From Malacoraja senta (lineage: Eukaryota): a stretch of 64,000 nt of DNA. The notes below the pieces were generated by a model. The model was not told the origin of the DNA, ran no database searches, and saw only the letters and a list, made by a program, of their open reading frames with translations. This document shows, piece after piece, positions 63,386 to 64,000 of the stretch (within the stretch, counting starts at the first letter, position 1; each line of letters opens with the position of its first letter). The stretch covers positions 24,616,001 to 24,680,000 of the forward strand of contig CM075989.1 of assembly GCA_038087875.1 (NCBI GenBank), written 5' to 3'. The position numbers and the translations under genes were made by a program.

Positions 63386-64000
63386 AATAATCCAAATTAA
63401 CAAGGAAAACAGTTTCATCTCTGTGAAATGTTGTCAATAATGCAAACTTTTCCCAGAAATGTCCAGGTGTGAGTTGCTTTTCTCCAGTCAGGGAGCATGT
63501 TTCAGAAGCAATTAAGTTAACACTTGTCACTTCACTCGAGAGAATGGAAAGTCTGCACCATAACTGAAGAGAGTGTGACAGGACCAGGGGGAGGAATTGG
63601 CTTCTTGGAGGAGATCCAGAATATTTCTTTCAATTCCGTTCTCCAGAGGTGACTGGGCTGATAACCAACCCGGAGGCTGAACTGAGCTGCCCTTTATATG
63701 CAACAGTCTTGTGTCGTGTGTGGGAAGGAACTGCAGGTGCTGGTTTAAACCAAAGATAGACACAAAAAGCTGGAGTAACTCAGCGGGACAGGCAGCATCT
63801 CTGGAGAGAAGGAATGGATGACGTTTGGGGTCGAGACCCTTCTTCAGACTAGTTAGGGAGGCTCGTGTCATGTTTAACTCCGTTTAGAACCATTCTAACC
63901 TTCAACATTGATGTATTTATTAGGAAAAATAAAGTTATAATTATCTGAAAATAAGGTTTATTTATTAAATTATTTATTAGTGAAGATGCAGCAGTCACGA

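Overview
Vertebrate genomic DNA. The repeat content (HE1/V-SINE-like SINEs, CR1, Penelope, Rex1-like LINEs) points to a cartilaginous fish, probably a skate or ray; this is an inference. There is one host gene, the two-exon mex3b (46758-46998 and 47665-49010, + strand, 528 aa), in a CpG-rich domain with a long AT-rich 3'UTR. The rest is a gene desert rich in mobile DNA. It holds a young 5'-truncated L1 with an intact 1263-aa ORF2 and TSD, a frameshifted CR1, a solo LTR, a Tx1 fragment with a nested L2, Rex1-like fragments, a Harbinger-type MITE, a THAP-bearing palindromic DNA element, more than 20 tRNA-derived SINEs and many Penelope-like pieces. The most interesting signal is that the Penelope-derived repeat carries a minimal hammerhead-ribozyme-like core (CTGAAGA-A-stem II-GAAA-CGTC). 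It occurs as TSD-flanked hairpin insertions and as 66-bp tandem arrays whose boundary sits at the GAAACGTC half-site. Ribozyme activity is untested, and the predicted stem I is short.
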